63,975 nt of DNA, filler included, from Phoronis australis (GCA_002633005.1; 9 parts of 9 records of this genome joined end to end with filler, not necessarily neighbours in it), one strand, 5' to 3'. Positions 12,952 to 26,952 are shown, counted from the whole stretch's first letter. Made by a program: numbers and translations. Notes: generated by a model from the letters alone, not told the origin.

Positions 12952-15330
12952 GTATGTGTTGTCACCTGTCACTTTGAACTTGAAATTCTGAGGACGTTCT
13001 TGGACATTTTTGTAATCATAGACATCACATAGACCTGGCACGTGCCACTCAGATACATGCAGCTCGCGTTGTCAATATGACGCAATATTGTTTCTCAACT
13101 CCATTAAAGTAGTACACTTCTCATTTAAGAGCTTCAAGATACATTGAGTCCTGTACTCATGCTGTGGATTATCTGTCTAACATGCAACTCTACACAGATT
13201 ATCATACTAAAAAGATTTACAGATCTTGATTTTTGCAATCTAGTGACAATACACACAGCCTGAATGGAACAAACCTCCTAATTTTTGTTTAGTTTCCCTA
13301 TATGCCGTCCTTTGAACAAGAAAAAGACATGCAAATAAGATGCAAGGAAATTACCTTATTTATGTATCAATTTTTTCCTCGGCGGGTGGGGGAATCCCCC
13401 TTACCTCCCCCCACCTCCCCCGACCTCCCCCCATCAGTGCTGCGTGCCTCAGATTTGCGCTGTGCACGACTCGTCAGTCTCACGAATTTGGCCCCCAATT
13501 TTCAAATCCTAGATGAGTCCCTGCATCGTGTTTACAGGTGCTGCCACTAGGTTTTTATGTTCTGCCACCATAGTTTAAGCGGAGCGATTATGCGTTGTTT
13601 CCACATCAGTCTTGGTGATTGAGACCATATAAGATTAATTTAAAGATCATAATTATTGGCCAGCATATGCTGTTATCCAATGATGATGCTGTTTGTTAAT
13701 TGTACTTAGGTAAATATTTGGTATCAATGACAATCATATGTATTTTTACTTGTTCTGAAAGATAACATCCGCGAACCTACTCGCTAGCCTTCAAAATTAG
13801 TACATCTAAGTGAATAATGTTGAAATATATACTGCTTTAAAAACTCATTTCTTCCTTAGTATTCCAAAATCAGATTTCTTCTGTTGTATTAAAACAAACA
13901 TATCCCTGCAAAGTCTCTAGTACTTATGTTAAAGTTGACATTGGAAAAAAAGAAGTAATAAAGTGCATTGTAACCAAAATTATATCAGACCTGTACGACT
14001 GAATTGCGCTTCTGACCTATACCCAAAATACAGAATTTCCCACTCGAAACCGAGTGGAAATATACCCAACCGAGCCGGTGTAGCATTAAATAATGACCCC
14101 GTGAAAAATGACCCTGGCTATTTTTTTTCACAGGGTCTAAATTTAATGTGAAGAATTTTTAACTCATGAAAAAATGACCTCACGTCCGTGAAAACCCGTC
14201 ATAAATATTCAACGGTTCCAGGGGCGGATCTAGAATTTTGATTTAGGGAGGCCACGTTCTCCCGTTTAGTCTAACTTGTTGGGTTGTATAGCACAAGTTG
14301 GGCAGATGACTGCTGTAGCCAATATCTTACACTGTCGACTGGCAATTAGGGTTGGAGGGTCAGCTCTCTTTTGTTCGATAGTTGCTCTAATCTCCAATAA
14401 GATCATTATCTTATTGACTCTGTGGTTTGTAGTGTTAAAAAAATAGTGTCAAAATGTTTGAACATAAAGCAATGACATTTCTGAATTCCCCATCAAATAC
14501 TGGTCATGCTTAGTTTTTGAATCGCCAAAATCTCCCAACTATCTTGTCTCAATATTTAAAAACCAAATCTTCCAAAATAAAGTTAACACTTGTAAGATGC
14601 GTAACAGTCACGTGTCATTTTGTGATGTTTTTCCTGTACATGAAAGGTATTGAAAAGAAAATTCAAATTACCTGATGGAAATTCACACGGAATCAGGGAT
14701 TATTTTTATTTCATAAAAAACTAATTGTTGAATATGTAAACACCACAAATTCCACATTTTTGTTGTGAAATTTACACTGATTTGTTCCTGCACATCAGTA
14801 TGTCATTCGGCTAGGGCAACGTTTCATGGATTTTTTTGGCAAGGTATTTTTCAAATGTCGAGTTAAGTTTCAAAGTTTGGGCTGCAAACAAATGGAAGGA
14901 GTTTGCGCTCAGAGTCAGTTTGGAACTTTAACGACTTTGATGACAGTCATATGCTAAATCAGTCTTAGCAAAGTCGCGGATACTTTTTCAAGGAGTATTT
15001 ACTCCCTTTTCACGTTGCAAACTTAGCTACTCAAATGCACTTGGTGGATAGAGAGCTCTGATTTAACTTTCACATCAGCAACTAGCCTTACATGCATGCA
15101 AGAACCCAATTTTGGGACCTGAAGCTCATGAGTATTTAATGCCGCAGGTAAAAGCATAATCTGAACATTTTCTCAGTGACCTAAAATATCAATTTTGGCA
15201 CATAAAAATTTCCAGAAAATTTTATGACACAAGCTGAATTTTGAAAATGCGACATGAGATTTTGGCCAGGTCACAGAATGCGAGCTTGCGATTTTCTTAG
15301 CATCAAGCACTCGACTTGATGACCTCAGCA

Positions 15331-15945
15331 TTAAAGGAGAATGCCACCTGATTTAATTAGTCTTTTTTACCGTCTTTATTGGTCTATATCCACATCGCTT
15401 CGCATACGGTCGACCTTACCTTGCCGAGAGGTGTCGCATTGAGGAAAGTGAGAAACGACACAGCGACGTCAGTGGTTCATTTGCAGAGTGAATGCCGCTA
15501 TGTTGCAGTGCATTGTTCCCATTTGTCCGAACTATGCAGCTGCAAAGAAAGCGGGTATATTGTTTTTTCGACTTCCTCGAGAGTCTGAAGTGCTTAGGAA
15601 GTGGCTCGTGGTAGTGAAAAATGAAAAGTACTGCGTAAATAGCAAGTATGAGGCCGTGAAACATCTCCATGTCTGGCCTGAAGTCGTCGACAGCGAGTCT
15701 GACGAATGCTGGCTTACCAAATAAGTATCCATACGTTCCGTTGCCTGAGCTTGTTCACGGCGCTTCTCTAGCATTTCTTCATCACTGTATTCCTGTTCGA
15801 ACTGATAGCCTGTGAAACTTAACGATCCACCTGTGAAGTCTTTGTCGGATGAGCTCTCGTCTAAGTCACGATTGCAAATTGCCACGTTGACGTTTATTAC
15901 TGAGTGTTCTGTTTCAAAATGACTTATTCTCACCCTAACCAATAC
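15331..15945 (+). mobile_element. Kolobok-like non-autonomous element, copy 2, with THAP stub (+) and KolX/P2X7-ballast-like stub (-)
   Basis: TTAA-AGG start. The + ORF 15488-15724 reads CIVPICPN...FFRLPRESEVLRKW (THAP N-terminal half, lacking the CxxHF); the - ORF 15532-15942 contains GYQFEQEYSDEE. Right end not located. Confidence 0.6.
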
Positions 15946-17117
15946 TTAATAAAACTGAAATAAAGTCTGTCTCATTAGATGCAATTTGTAATGTTATGGA
16001 ATATTCGCGAGTGCAAATAATCTGAGAAGCCAGCGATGAATAAATCACTACGTTACCGGCTTCGGGTGCAATAAAACTAATTGACCAGACCCCGAGGCCG
16101 TGTGAGCGCATGCTCATTCAGTGTTTGCTGACAGAAACTGTTGTGAAACAATAACTCGATTTTCTATCCCACGGCCGGGTGTTAGGGGAATCTTTATATG
16201 CCTATACATTATTCAAATAATGATTGTCAATGTACAACTTCTGCCCTGACGGTTCTGTGAACCTGAATTTGCGGCCCCCGACGAGTAAGTAGATTTGCAG
16301 TTTTGTGGCTAATTCACCAACACAGTCACGTGCACATTACTTCTTTGGCTCACTAGTATAGTATTTTCTTGACTGGAAGTTTAGTTTCCAACTTTGGCTG
16401 GTTTATGTTCATGATGTCTTCAGTCCGGCCGCGACGGGCCTGATCGGGTTTGGAGCCATTGGCCGGGATAACAAGCGTTTTGTTTGTTTAAAACTCAAAA
16501 AAATCACAAGTCTAAACAACACAGATCTAGTTTCTCTTGTGTGTATTTCACGGAAGAATACTTCGAAGTTATCTCCAAACAGACCCCAAACTCCTGCTAC
16601 GGACCTTGGTAAATTGGCCTGTCTAACATTGTAGGCCGGCTACGGTGTGTTAAAAATACCAATAAATCCATAACAGCGAAATAAAACAACATGTCTTTAT
16701 AAGAACTCGGTGTATTTTTAAGAGTTTTACATCGAAGTTTGATGATTTATTGGTGTTACACGATGAATTCAAGCGATAAGCTAACACCGGTAACCCGTGT
16801 TGTGAACTGCTGGACAGACTGGATAATGTCAACACTTCCGTATGTCAGGTAACACAACTGAACATGCCATTATGGAGTAGAACTACTCGATCTAAATTGA
16901 TACAAAATAGGTTGTTTGTGTGGTGGCATGCTCCATTAAGGCTAAAAATTCCAGTTTGAACTCAAAATTTGAGTTTTTACTTGAAATCTCGAGTTTTTAT
17001 TCACGTTTGTAACACAAATATATGGGTCATCAGGTGTGAACTTCGACATGAAACTCACATACATAAGGAATGTACTCGAGCACCAACTAGTAAACACTTG
17101 AGTTTGTATGAAAGTAG

Positions 17118-17398
17118 CATAGGCGGATTTATGGGGGGTTGGGGGCCGGGCATCCCCCCCTTGGCTGCCGCAATTAAAATGAAACTGCAAAAGCATGAGG
17201 AATTATTGAGTTCAGTAACTAGGACCCGTAGCAGATGAGGGGGGTTCAAAACTCAGGTCGCGGCGGAATTTTTTTAACATGAGGTCCACATTCTGGCCCC
17301 CGTAACTTTCGGGCCCCTGTGCACATATAATCGCGCTTTGCCCAATTCCCCTGGGCAACATGTTGGGGCCCCCCTTATACTTTCCTAGATCTGCCACT
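17118..17398. mobile_element. Short hAT-type MITE (CA...gccactg); relatives at ~25879-26213, 35940-36093, 42247-42405, fragments near 3640-3685 and 14219
   Basis: Shared GC-rich termini ca(t/g)..gcggat(t/c)... and ...at(c/a)(c/t)gccactg; the copies at 35940 and 42247 are clearly similar along their length. Confidence 0.55.
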
Positions 17399-18452
17399 GA
17401 GTAGAACAGAAAATGTCAAAAATAATTTTGAATTCAATTTCGAGTACAAAGATCAGACCCTGGCCCCTGGACGATTCCTTGGTTCAATGTTCTGAAAGCA
17501 CTTTTGCTTAAGATAAAATAATGGCATTTAAGCAACCATAAAGATATCGTGACTATACACTCATGAGTTCATGTAGTTTAATTTTGAGTCCTTTTAGGGT
17601 ATGTTGGAAAGTTAATTTATTTGTTTCCCTGTTTTTGCACAGTTGAAGCCATTGATGTTTGATCTAGGCTCATTGATTCAGCTATTGCTTTTTCTTAATT
17701 CATGGTCATCATTCGTTTTTAGGATTGGCAGTGGTTCTCGAGGTGGGGGAGAAACTGAAGAAGTGAGTATATACAGTTACTTTTTTTTTCTTGTAATTAT
17801 AACTTATAAAGCAACTTAGGTGCTTCGTATTATTCTTAACAATAAGAATTGTTGTTATTATTATCGTAAAATGATTATTATGCGGCCACATGTAATTTAT
17901 GTGGTCTCATTTTGTCATTCATTTTTAGAACATCACCAAAATTGTCCATGTCATTTTTTGATTTGATAGTATTTTTAAGAGTGAAGTACGGCTCACAGCA
18001 GGCAAAAATGCCCAGAGGGGTAATAAACCCAATGTCACGCATTTGAACCGTGCTATGCATTTTAATTACCTTTGGGATGATAAACAAAACAGTAAAGTCC
18101 AAGCTCATTTTACCTTCTTCAAGAGGGAGAAATCAGGGAGCCTCTATTTTGGGGGTATGTCATGCAATGGACTCACCGAAAATGCCTTATTTGCAGTGCA
18201 TGATAAAAAATGCCAGTGCACAAGATCAATTTATTTGTTTGTAATTTTAAATAAAGCAAGTCCTCGGCCTCACAAAGATGTTAAACAATACTCATTAACT
18301 CTGCCGCTAAGTTAAAAATTTCAGGCATAAAGTACAGATGGGTCAGAGGCTAACAAAGCATAGCAATTTCACCACACTTTGAGCCCCTATATCTCAGCTG
18401 GCATAACACTGATCAACACCAGATTTTTACACAAGACGTTTCTGTCTTAGTG

Positions 18453-19779
18453 CAGGCCCGTAGGAAGGTAAAAATTATTGGGGGGGCACCGACCCTGGTC
18501 GATACGTAACTTCTAATTTCGAAACCACTGCGTTGCACTGGGGTGTATATATCAACGCTGTATTTTATTCAACTGTGCGTCACGTTTGGGAGATTTTTTA
18601 TCAGTTTGGTAATTTCGTACGTGGTGTCTAAAGCATCTGCCATCAGCTTGCATCGTTTGATACTATCTGACCAGGCAAGATTCAACGCGTGGCCATAACA
18701 ATGTGTGTACAGGGCGCGATGTTCTTCCTGTTTAATGTTGACAACGACTCCATTTTTGGACCCACTCATTGTGCTGCAACCATCATGCTTAAAGACAAGT
18801 TCATCCGCAACAGCGTGTCTTTTAGAAGTGACGTAATTGTTTGGGCATCCATCAATTCCAAGCGGCGAAATCCGATGTAATCTTCATGGGGTTGTAATGA
18901 TTCGTCTACCCATCGGATACAAACGACGAGTTGTTCGCTATTAGACACGTCAGTAGTTTCGTCTGCCAGTATACTAAAATAAGGACTGCCGCGAATGCAC
19001 GACGCTATTTCTCGGGGAACCAATGTTTTAAAGCCATCAGTTTGATCGCTTCATTTTGAATATCTGGAGACGTACATTTATTTGTTTTCTGCGACAACCA
19101 TGATTTCAAAATATCTTTGTTTCTTTGAGATGGAGTAGTTGAATAAAATTGGAATCTAGTTCATCTCCGTCACCCCTAAACGGTATACCTTGTCTTGCCA
19201 AAAAACGTATGTTTGTTAATATTTTCAGGAACATTCTGCGGTTTTTCGCTTTTTGCTCTCCGTGGGCTGTTGATAGTTGTTCCGCAACATCTTTGACAGA
19301 CAACTTCACTATCAGTGTGCGTTCCATTGCTTCTTTATGGCACTCAGATTTCTCATGCTTCGTAAAGCCAGACGTCTTGTCAGTAGCCTTTTTCCAGTTG
19401 GTATAACCGGTAACAACAAATGATAGCTCTTGTTTTGCTGAAGACAGCAGACTCATGTGGTAAGCTTTTGCACATATGTGACACAACACCTTATCTTCCC
19501 CCTCAATATAATGCAGCCACGGCCATGAGATAAACCACTGTTTTTGAAATTGACGATTTTTCTTGCCAAAAGGTCGTTTTGGAAAGACGTGATTTGAAGG
19601 TTGGTGTGGATGCTCGGGAATGTCGTGTAAACCACGTTTTTCTTGCATGGTGTGAGCCGACTGAGAAGAACTGTTTTGGTGAGTGTGGGAGTTTTCACTT
19701 GGTGCTGAAGAGCTACAATAAAGCTCCTGTGACTGGCTCGATGGTTCTAAATTCGTAGTACCAGATTTGTGAGTCCCAG
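18453..19779 (-). mobile_element. Decayed hAT transposon (ZMYM1-like / TTF zinc finger + DUF4371 transposase), frameshifted and internally deleted
   Basis: ORFs 19106-19648 (FQKQWFISWPWLHY..CHIC..GYTNWKKA..HEKSECH; FLARQGIPFRG), 18766-19023 (FSILADETTDVSNSEQLVVCIRWV) and 18569-18769 (MSGSKNGV..HCYGHALNLA); hAT-like terminus caggcccgtag at 18453. Confidence 0.9.
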
Positions 19780-19971
19780 NNNNNNNNNNNNNNNNNNNNN
19801 NNNNNNNNNNNNNNNNNNNNNNNTTAATTAATTAANNNNNNNNNNNNNNNNNNNNNNNNNNNNNNNNNNNNNNNNNNNNCGGGACTGCGATCGACTTGTC
19901 TAACAACCGTGAACAGAACACACAAAATGAAAGACAATGTATCATATTATTGAATAACAGATAATCCTTAC

Positions 19972-20069
19972 CTTTCTGGATCCTTAGGAAACCTACAAAA
20001 TGACACGTGTGGGGTTTTCGTGGATCAATTCATGCAATTTATCGCACTGCAAAATGCGTCCGTCCCCAT
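19972..20069 (-). pseudogene. First exon of a THAP-domain (THAP12/PRKRIR-like) protein or transposase with an in-frame stop
   Basis: Manual translation MGTDAFCSAINCMN*STKTPHVSFCRFPKDPER followed by donor gtaagg; matches the THAP CxxxxC...FxRFPKD pattern. Confidence 0.7.
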
Positions 20070-22439
20070 TGTTTTGGCGCTTCCTGGTTGACCGTAGCTT
20101 GTTCACCACTTGGCGGCGCTAGTAGTAGCGGTAACAGCGAACTCACAAGTGAACTCTCCTATACTACTACACTCCTTGGTATCAGTCTCCCAGCACGTGA
20201 CGTGTACAGGCTAACAATGAACTATGACCTATTTACATATAAAAGTAGGTCAAATGGCCGCAAATAACAGTAGTTAGCTGGCCGGGGAACGCTACGTTTT
20301 TAATGATAATTATGTTAAATCAGTTGACATTGCGAGTGAATGTTGAAGTAGCGAATATATTTAAGGCTTGTATAGGTTTTGTGTACCGAAAACAAGCTTT
20401 TACAGAATAATTAAGCGAAGACTTTGAGATTTACACTTGTCCCGGTTTAATCGGCTTAATTTTTCTCGGCTTCGGCAGAACGACTTCATTTGAAATTAGG
20501 AACATGAGTTCTCGAAAACGTCTCGGTGGATTTCGCTGAAACTTTCCAAATTTAAAATTTAGTCATCAGTCTCAAAAACGCTGTTAGGATTTTTGATATA
20601 AAGACCTATTTTTGCGTAATGTAACAAAGACGAATACGACATCCGTTTTTGCAAAGATACCTTACGTTTTGCAAGTTGATTTGTCATAGAAAATAAACAA
20701 ACAGACTAATCGAAAATTCCTAACAGCATTTTTGAAGTAACTTGTGAAGTTTTCAATCAAAAAAGTTTTATTAAAATCGACCGAGGGTTTTATTTTGCTA
20801 TAAATGTACCTTTCTTAAAAATAAAAAATGACTTAAAAAGGTTTTTACGTAAAAATGATAATGGTACATTAATACAAAAAGTATTTTCATATTCCCTAAT
20901 CTATATATATACTTATATTAGTTAACAAAACTTAGTTTTTTGATATACGAGTTAGAATAGAGGCCACTAAATAAGGTTGGAGATAACCTTAAATGTAATT
21001 GTCCGACCATAAACTGTATTAAACATCTCTGACGAATTTTCAAAATGTATTATCAACTAATTTTCGTTATGAACGAACATCACGGCGGTATTCAGCTCGA
21101 AAAAAAAACGGTTTTCGATTTTTAAAAAATCGATGATCTAATAATCTAAAAACTGCAACCATTGGATACGACTGAAGATAAACTACCGCGCTTATTCATA
21201 TACTCGGTGGATATACAAACGCTGATCAGAGTTAACAATATCACATGGATTCGTTTGTTAATATTCTTTCAATCTCGTTTAACCGGATTTTTGACCAGGA
21301 AACAGTTGTTGTGCCCGCTTTTCATTTTTCATTACTGGCAAAGAGCTAGAATAGTAGTCAGTGCCACCGAAATTGTCTAGAGATTTCTCAGTAATCTTCA
21401 GTTTGGTTATCACCATAGTTGCACTTTTGTATCTATTGTAGGATTTGAGTTCCAATAAAGATTAAACTTTAATGACACGTGAAATGTTTAGTGTACCTGT
21501 AATGTGGTAAGTTTAGGTATAAACTAAAAGTGAACTTAACTAATTAAGTTTAGCTGGCGACCAAAATCTACCACTGTTTTGGTACTTCAAGTACAAAACT
21601 CAGTTAAAAAGTTATCAACCCGTTCCCGATAAAAAACGAGTGGGCAGAAGCATTAAAATTAAATAAAGAAAACCAATATGAAACTGATCGTTCCTTTGGT
21701 AAGTTGCCCTTTGTGAAGATAAACACAAGTTAACCTTTTTAGTCATTTTGTAATATTTATAATGTACCAAGTTAAAACTATTCTCCAGAGTTACAGGTTG
21801 TAACTCTGCAAATGTCAGAGAAAACCAACCTGGGAGTACTAACAACAGTCATTGTTGAGACAGTAATGCTAGCAATTACCTTTCCACTTCATTAGCTCAG
21901 ATGTCCATCAATACAAAGGGCGTGCTGAATAGGCCTCATAAAAGTTGTCTGGGGCTTAGGGAATCACAGCGGTCATCAGTGTAAGCCAGAAATTCTCCAC
22001 AGGAGCGGTACTATCGCTGCATTATAGCTTGGTTTTACAATGAACCCCGGACCTCCAAGTATTTGAGTCTTGCTTAATTTGGAAATATTCAAATGAAAAA
22101 CCGCAATTCATTCCTTTGTTGAAAGCACTCTATATAATTCGAACAGGTCGTTGTCAATGAAATTAAATTAACTTCACAATCAAAAGCAATTGAAGAATTG
22201 TTATGTACGAAGTTGGTAGTTTTATACTGTGTGTTACGAAAGTGTAGAATTTTTGTGCAAGAAATGATCTATCCACATATCAAATTTCAGACAGTCTGTC
22301 AAGAGACAACGGAGATACGGTACAAAAACTCAATTAATTGGAGAACAGACATCGGAAAATCTCGAATGACTCGAGAACAGTTACGCCTAAAGAAAAACAA
22401 ACGGCACATTTCCGATAGCCATTGAAATAATCTATACAC

Positions 22440-22720
22440 AGAAAAATTCAGAAAAATCGATCTAAAGTCAGCGGAACTACACCCACCAGTACGACTAGGA
22501 AAACGGTAAAAATTGGCCGCCACAGCCATATCTTGCGTCCGATATCAACCAAAAACATTAGGCTTCGAGCTCTTCAAGAGGAACATGTCGTATTTTTTGT
22601 AAATTCAACGCTGATCGGATGAGAAATGCGACCTATAGCGTGCCAACAAAGAAATAAACAAATTTTATGACAAAGCAACAGAGAGAGAGAGAAGTTTCAC
22701 TTCACCAAGTGAAGGTAGAG
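22440..22720 (+). mobile_element. Diverged 3' part of a HINE related to 11235-12656
   Basis: aaattggccgccacagccatatcttgcgtccgat...aggctt...gatcgga...aaatgcgacctatagcgtgc aligns by eye with ~12278-12410; ends in hairpin cttcac-caa-gtgaag. Confidence 0.55.
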
Positions 22721-23460
22721 CTGAATTGAAAGTAGTGTCCAAGAAAATTTCAAAAACACTTTTAACAGTATCAGACAGCGTAAATAGTCATAGTCTTATA
22801 CTAAAGATAAGATTTGCTTGGTGATGACTAAGGAACAAGTTTCTCTTTTGTTTATCATACATAACATAGAACTAGACATCAGCGTTTCCATGCTTTTTGC
22901 CATGAAACGGTTGCTCACGAAATCCGTTTTACGGAAATATATTATGTCGTGTGTGTGGGGCAGAAAGACGACCCTCTAAGTTTTAAAAACAAGAGATGGC
23001 GTTTATCACGAACTATACGGCATCAAAAAGATGACGTAACAAGGAAATGTGTTGCTTTCTTGGCTCGTGTATTTTGCGTGTACCAATCTTGGATTGTTGC
23101 CGAAATGAGTTGGCAATCCAAGTAGCAGGGAATGCGTACATTGTCATTTTCCTATTAGCAATTGTAGGGTAATCTGCAATAAATTCTGAAGCGCTTTTGT
23201 AGGGGTTGATGGTTTCGATGTTCTTATTTGGTAAAAGAAATTAACAAGCAAGCAGCTGAAAATTATGCGGTGGTCAGTGCTCAAAATGGCACTGCCTCCG
23301 TAATCAAGAGAGTGGAATATAGCCGAGTCTGATACCCTCATACAAAAACACAAGATGCATTCTTGCTTATACAGCATAAAATGAAGGACTACAAAGACAG
23401 ACTGACATCATTTCTGAAATCCACTGGTCTATTCGCACCAACCTCTATCCTATTATCATT

Positions 23461-23510
23461 GGTAAGACGTTTCGGTTGGTCATTTCTCCGGCCATCTTCA
23501 GGTGTTACAG
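23461..23510 (-). ncRNA. Penelope-type minimal hammerhead ribozyme motif (stem II degenerate)
   Basis: Minus strand gtaacac-CTGAAGA-tggccggagaaatgaccaacc-GAAAC-GTC-ttac; sits inverted relative to the adjacent Penelope remnant. Confidence 0.55.
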
Positions 23511-23599
23511 CGTTATTCGATACGTAGAGGACACTTTCACTATACACGGCCACGGCCAAGATAATATGGAGAAATTTCTTAACAATCTTTTTAGTATAG

Positions 23600-23930
23600 C
23601 ATCTATACAGTAAGATTCCCTATGAAAATGGAAGCCAACAGAAACAGTGTTTGTGACCATCAATAAGAGCAATGAACGGCACCAATCTACTACAGAGAAG
23701 ACGCTTATTGGTCGATACCTTGACTACAACCACAATAACACCGAAGGAGTTAAGAGATACTAGCAAGTGCCTGGTGTCACTGAACACCAAAGGAACTTTG
23801 TAATACAACTAGCACTCCAAGCTGAGTTGGACAACCTAGTACAAACAATAAATGTGAATGGTTAGCCAGAAGAATTCATCGAATCAGCAATAACATCACA
23901 AAGAAGAGAGACAGAAGAAGAAAATAGTCG
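23600..23930 (+). mobile_element. Highly decayed Penelope-like element (RT thumb region)
   Basis: Manual translation fragments IGRYLDYNHNNTEGVKR and LQAELDNLVQTINVNG*PEEFIESAI. Confidence 0.6.
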
Positions 23931-26685
23931 ATGACTTTTGTTTACGATAGTGTCCTGTATTCATACAGTGTGAATAACACACCGGTTAAATCGACCAGAT
24001 ATGTGCTTATTGTACATGTATGTGCTTCAAGCACGCGGCTATTAAACGTCACTGCAGAAACGAAATAGTTGCTGCGACGTCATTTGCATGACAAGGCTAA
24101 AAATTGTTCACAGTCCGCCATTTTTTCACGGTGTTGTAAAGCTAACCAATGACTGCTAAGGTTACATCAACCAATGCTAAAGTGCGTGCCACTGCGTGAT
24201 ACCTGCGTGCTGGCTAGGCACGTAGGGAACCAACGAGCACTAAGCCACAGCAAGTATTAGTGCTGACGCACTCAGTAGATTTTTTACTGTACGCTCATTA
24301 CATTGATAAAATAATGTTTCTTCGAAAATGGAACCCAGATTTGCAAAATACAGCCAAACTCTACCAAACACGATTGAAACAGTATGTCAGAGTTTGCTAT
24401 CAAAAGTTTGGGTAGAGTTAGGTAGTGTGGTTTGGTTACCAAACTCGTCAAAAACATCTCCAAACTCCGAAATTGGTCGTGTTTGCAAACAAAAGTTTAT
24501 TAGTTTGCCAATATGAACGGGCCTTCAGTGATATGGGGTCTAGAGCATTGTGAAAGCAAACACCCTGTGGACTTGGTGGTAACATTAACTAAAATGCAGT
24601 AAAACCAATACGTAACGTACCTAGGTCGCAAACATTAGATGAAGGTCTTCTATCTTTGTCAGTAGACTTGGGGTTCAGTGAGTCAATGATCAATAGTCAC
24701 GCTTTTTTCGAATCGACGGTATATTCTTAGGCTAATGTCAACCAACACAATTCAGACCTGTTTTTCCAATACAAAATACATGTAGCTTCAGTGATTTCAA
24801 GTTTTCAGACGTGACTTGGGCTATCTCTGAAAATTCATTTTGTGATGCGTAGACAAAAAGGTGATGACGAGTTTGTGAACACAGAGAAATCGAGGAATAT
24901 TCAGTTTGCTAAGTTTCCTGGCCCATTCACGGGCTACCTCTGGTGGGGTAGTAAAATATAGTAGTAATAACCATATTTCCAGAAGTCAAGAAAACACGTT
25001 AATCCTGGACTGTTCTTACATGTATAATTGCTTCTTAGAAGAGTCAACTATCGAAATACCTGGTAACACCGAAGTACGTAATTAACACCGGAGAAACAAA
25101 GACTGTGCTAGCCAACATGTGTCACCGCTTGTCACCATTCATTGCTAATTATCATCAACGCATCAGAAAAGCAGTTCTCGATTGTTACTGACATGTTTTC
25201 CTTAGTCAACTTCACCTGTTTTTTGCACCGAGACGTTACACGTTTTAATGATCAGGTAGACATCATTCCACCCAAGTACAGCTGTCTTGAAGTAAATAAG
25301 TTTGCGGATATACATTTACGTACTAGTTGTTGTTAGGATACGTCATCTGTCATCATTAGAACAGCTTAAGACGAAGATCATGTACACGCACGGTTATCGA
25401 AGTGTCATCTTCAAACAAATTGTTCAAAAACCAAGCTTCGTTACATTTCCGCCATACATGACTTAAGAGATAGGAAAGGAATCCTCACCAGTTGAGCTTG
25501 TTTCGCCACGTGCTGACGACGGTGAGGATATAATGGTGATGATGATGATGACGATGGCTGTGATACTCAGCCTCTTCCACAGTGATGAGACTAATTTTGA
25601 ACTTGAAACAAAACTGCAGCGGATGTACCAATGTCTTGTGAAAAAAGACAAACCTCTTGAAATATCAATGGATGAACAAGGACATCACGCTCCATACCTT
25701 TCCCACTGCTGAGAAATATCCCGCGATGAAGCCAGTGGCTGTGTCTGATTTGAGCGAGGAAATTTTGACCCCAGCCGGTGTCAAAAAGCTAAAATAACTT
25801 AGACTGAAACTAACCAAACAACTGGAGAAACTGACGGTGGAATTTATTCCTTTGCTTTTAAACTAATGAGCCGCTTGTACAGGCGGATTTAGGGGGGGGG
25901 GGGCAGGGGGCCCGGGCTCCCCCTTAAGCTGCCGCCAAAAAAATAAAACAAGAAGACCGCAAGAGCGTGAGGAAATATTGAGTTTTTAACCAACCCCGGT
26001 AATGACGAAGCGGCCGAAAGAAGGTAATGGTGTAGGAAGCGTCTCTCCGCTTTTTTGTAGCAAGGTTGCATTGCAGCAAGGAGGACCACATTCTAATCAG
26101 ACATCCAAGCCCTCCTTCATTTCAGGCTGTGTGAGCGCAGACAGTCGTGCTTTGCGCGGTTGCCCGAGACAAAATGTTGCCCCCCCCCTTATGGTATCCT
26201 AGATACGCCACTGACTTGGTAGTAATTGAATTTCTGTCCACCAAATCTGAGTCGGGATCAATCGGAAGTCACTTCCGTGCTCTCATTACTCTAGAGAGCG
26301 CCTACACTGTATATGAACAGTCTATGTCTGCCACAGTAAATGTGAGATTAGTGTTTGGCTTACACAATACACTACTGCTTTACCATTTCCCTGCTGTTGG
26401 AAGAGTATTTTTAACGAAAAGGCAAATATTTTGAGATCCTTTCAAATCAATTATTTAGCTACCGTGACCCTTTTGTCATCGTAACCGACGTATGGGACAA
26501 ATTTCAGTTGACTTCAGGACACATAGCCGAATGTACTGAATGTATATGAACCCACTCAAAAACATTTTTTAAATCAACTGAACGTCGACAGATTATCCTG
26601 CAAGGTCGCTTGTAGACTAACTCCCAGAGAACAGACAGCTCCGATATACTCCGATTCAAAATGACGTCGAGTAACGTCCCTCAAG

Positions 26686-26952
26686 CATGCGCGCACCCAC
26701 CATGGGGGCTAGAAGGGCTCGAACGAGCCTCCCCCATTTGGCGAAGTGGGCAAAAAGGTCCGCCTCATAAAAACAACAAGTCCGAGAAAACGAGATAAAA
26801 GTCCACTAGTCCACTAATAAGGCGCAGACGCACAGTTCACAGTCCTGATTGGGGTATCCCGTTTTTTTTAGACCTCCCACTAATTTGTCAGCAAAAGGTC
26901 CACATCGCCAGAAATTCGAGCCTCACCATACTAACAGCTGGGTGCGCGCATG
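26686..26952. mobile_element. MITE with 14-bp TIRs (catgcgcgcaccca / tgggtgcgcgcatg)
   Basis: Perfect inverted termini, CA...TG; a related left end occurs at ~35836. No TSD recognised. Confidence 0.65.
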
